Source: Obrimoposthia wandeli
Taxonomy: Eukaryota
Length of the DNA: 64,000 bases
Direction of reading: 5' to 3'
NCBI GenBank assembly: GCA_977020255.1
Contig: CDROCS010004896.1
Coordinates: 62,001-126,000, forward strand
Shown: positions 61,186-64,000 of the stretch, one piece after another
Numbering within the stretch: position 1 is the stretch's first letter
How the letters are laid out: the number at the start of each line of letters is the position of its first letter
Notes under the pieces: generated by a model
What the model was told of the DNA's origin: nothing
The model's input: the letters and a program-made list of their open reading frames with translations, nothing else
Databases searched by the model: none
Position numbers and translations under genes: made by a program

Positions 61186-63109
61186 CTAAACTTTGAAGCG
61201 TTGAACGGTTCCTTGCAGATCAGAGCCCAATTTAGCAAGTTCACCACTGGCCGTTGCTGCTTGGTTTGCTTGCTCATGGCAAACATGGGCGAGTTCATTA
61301 ATACGTACAACGTTGCGATTGATTTCTTCCGAAGCAAACCCCTGCTCTTTTGCTGCAGTAGCGACTTGTGTATTCATATCACCGATGTTCGAAATATTGT
61401 CATAAATAGAATCTAAAATCTGGCTTGATTCAGAAACCTTAGCAATACCTGATTGAGCGCGGTCGCGAGAACGCGTGACGGTTTCCACTACTTCAGCGGT
61501 TCCTTTTTGAAACTGATTGATGTTTTCACGAATTGATTCTGTGGATTCCTGAGTCCTGCTGGCAAGCGTTCGAACTTCATCCGCCACAACAGCAAAGCCA
61601 CGCCCCTGCTCCCCTGCTCGTGCAGCTTCAATAGCCGCGTTTAATGCCAATAAGTTGGTTTGCTCGGCTATCGCACTAATGGTTGATAAAATATCACCAA
61701 TACTTTCACTGTTCTTCTGAAGTTCTTCGATAGCATGAGTTGCCCCTTCTATTTCGACATTAAGTCGCTCAATTTCCCCTCTTGCATCATCTGTTACGAC
61801 TTTTCCTCTGCCAATTTCAGCCGTGACATCATTCACTGCTGAAGCAGCCGTATTGGCATTTTCAGCAATACTTTGAATCGTTGCTGTCATTTCATTAATC
61901 GCCGTGACTGCTTGCTCAATTTCTTGTTGTTGCTGCTCGCTGGCATCGCCTACCTCTTTGGTGATACATGACATTTCTTCGGAGGCTTGGGCGACTTGTA
62001 TAGAACCATCCTTCACTTGATTAACCGTATCTCGTAAGCTGGCAATTAAAGAGTCGAAGGATTTCGATAATATGCCGACCTCATCTTTCGAAATATGATT
62101 CACTAGCTGAGTAAGATCTAAGTCATCTGCAATTGTATAAATTCGTTCGGTAATGGATTGTACCGGGCGGTAAATAGCCCTAGAGATTAAAGTCATTAAT
62201 CCAGAAATCAAAGCAAATATTAAAATAATGATTGTGCTCAGAGTGGTATAAACATTTGCAGTTGTCCGTTCTATTTCAGCGCTGACAAACTCAGTCAAAG
62301 AGTTAAAAGATTCTTCAGTTTGATGAACTGTAGCGCGTAATTTACCCAATACTCCAGAGTTTGCATCGAGGCCTAATTGAATTTCCTTATTGGTTAAGTT
62401 ATTAAAATCCGCACGATAACGTTCAATTTTATTTCTCATTTCAGAAATCTGTAGTTCTGAATTTTTATCGGCTAAGACAGCCGGACCTTCCGCGACTGGA
62501 GCATTTTTAAATTTATCAAGAGTATTAATAAATTTAGAATAATTCGTGTCGAACTTGGCAATATATTTTTCATCTCGGCGAAGCATAAAATCTTTTTCAT
62601 TACGGCGTAACATCAACATATGGTACAACAGTTCATATTCCCCGGCAGCTGTAGCCAATGTTTCGAGATCATGCACGGCTGCCCGAAGCGAACCGTATAA
62701 ACCACTTTTAGCATCCAGTCCTATTTCTGTTTGTAGACCCACTAGCTGTTCAAAGATAGCGCCATAGTTAGTCACTAGGCCCAGAAAGAATTTCAACATC
62801 ATTACTTTCTAGACCCTGAGCTGACATAGCAGCTTTTAACCTCACGACATCCTCTTTCATATGCACGACTGACTTTGAAAATTTGTCACCATACTTTGCA
62901 TCTTTTCGAGCTAAGAAATCTTTTTCATGCTTACGTAAGATTAAGACATCACTACTTATCTCCTCTTTAATAAGTAATATATCACTTAACTTACCAATAC
63001 GGCTAAACTCATAAAAACTGACTGTCGTCGTTAATACCAAGCCTAAAATCACAAAAATTAAGATAATTAAGTGCTTATTCTTAATGCTTATATTATTGAG
63101 AAAATTCAT
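61186..63109 (-). pseudogene. Transmembrane methyl-accepting chemotaxis protein with bimodular helical sensor, split by a 1-nt insertion
   Basis: ORF 62768-63109 (TM1, ...[10 protein letters not shown]) joins ORF 61186-62802 (LVTNYGAIF..., TM2, HAMP, MA domain) if one base is removed from GGG at 62780-62782. Confidence 0.78.
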
Positions 63110-63261
63110 TCCAACGCCCTAAAATAATTCTACGTTCAATGAGTATAGGAGAGTTTGAGCAAGGTAGATGGCTTATAGATTTGTACTTGGGTTTACTTCC
63201 TTTATATAACTAAAAAGAAGCAAGACCCTATGTTATTGATGCTTAATTAAGAATTGAATGA

Positions 63262-64000
63262 TTAAAATGTAAGCCCTAACGCTAAGCTGATATTCCTGCC
63301 TGGCTGCGGCGCTTGTTCTTTTACGAATGAAGTATGCTGACGAATTTCTTCATCTAACAGATTATTCGCTTTTAAATCAATGCGATACTCACTTTTGGCT
63401 AATACCGCCTGATACGTCATACCCAAGGTTAATACGTCATAGCCCAGAGTCACGTCTTCATTAGTGGCTACCTGATCTTGCTTTTGGATTTGTTGCCACT
63501 GCCCATACAGTATCCAATCAGATTGCATTGAAAACAGAGCCATACTGGAAGCTTCAAAACCAAGACCAATACGGTCGGCTGGAATCCGTGGTAAGTCATC
63601 CGCTCTTACTCGATCAGCCATACTGGTGAGCACTAGACCATCGACCAATTCGTATGCCAAATTCAATTCACCACCGACAAAAGTCGTATCTTGCTGAACA
63701 AATTCATACTCGCCAAAACCATCAACCTCACGACCGGTACCTTGTGCATAGATGAAGTCTGAAATCTGATTTTGGTAAACGTTTAGCGCTGTGGTTAATC
63801 GGCCCTCTGTTTTACGCAGGCCTAGCTCTAAATTCAATGCCTCTTCCATTTTTAAGTTAGGATTGCCAATGTCATAGGTTTGCGTCGCTGCGTGAGCGCC
63901 ACAAGAGAACAGCTCTTGCGTTGCTGGAGCGCGCTGAGCCGAAGTCAGTGAGCCTGTTACCTGCCAGCCTTTGGCATTCGTAAAGTTAAGATCACGAACC
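63262..64000 (-). CDS. TonB-dependent receptor, C-terminal part (ZnuD-like); 5' end outside the window
   Basis: Frame open to the window edge: AQRAPATQELFSCGAHAATQTYDIGNPNL...ANNLLDEEIRQHTSFVKEQAPQPGRN...LTF. Confidence 0.85.
   Translation of the reverse strand, partial: VRDLNFTNAKGWQVTGSLTSAQRAPATQELFSCGAHAATQTYDIGNPNLKMEEALNLELGLRKTEGRLTTALNVYQNQISDFIYAQGTGREVDGFGEYEFVQQDTTFVGGELNLAYELVDGLVLTSMADRVRADDLPRIPADRIGLGFEASSMALFSMQSDWILYGQWQQIQKQDQVATNEDVTLGYDVLTLGMTYQAVLAKSEYRIDLKANNLLDEEIRQHTSFVKEQAPQPGRNISLALGLTF

Overview
Chromosomal window from an AT-rich marine gammaproteobacterium of the Oceanospirillales type. The 16S V4 start (GGCTAATTTAGTGCCAGC...TACTAAAGGTGCAAGCG) resembles Oleispira from memory; this was not checked by search. 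Bases 1-25,000 are mostly core genome: 5' part of tuf, tRNA-Tyr/Gly/Thr, SPOR-coaX-birA, a full rrn operon (16S-Ile-Ala-23S-5S, minus strand) behind four tandem sigma70 promoters, tyrS, M23 peptidase, anmK, DsrE-like, erpA, bactofilin, DUF6776, argC, ClC, hemJ, hemL, mrcB with an LpoP-like lipoprotein, and a PfkB kinase. Bases 26,183-35,341 hold a six-gene, all-exported, putatively Fur-controlled iron/redox locus: TonB receptor, di-haem peroxidase-like lipoprotein, IrpA/imelysin, di-haem DUF1111, Tat DUF1513 and a second imelysin. This is the best candidate for a mechanistically unexplained system. The rest holds polB, a pentapeptide/cNMP-binding pair, a soluble CZB chemoreceptor, an orphan HemL paralog, Kef antiporter, YaiI, yghU, epmA-efp-epmB, fimW-fimX, ilvD, a lipoprotein with an 18-bp (ETPEVV) tandem array, a REC-REC-GGDEF cyclase, arsR-acr3-arsC, a split MCP and a partial ZnuD-like receptor. 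No IS, integrase, prophage or CRISPR array was seen. Two single-base frameshifts, a corrupted repeat end and indels at invariant rRNA positions suggest local assembly errors, so pseudogene calls are provisional. All family calls are by motif recognition, not database search.
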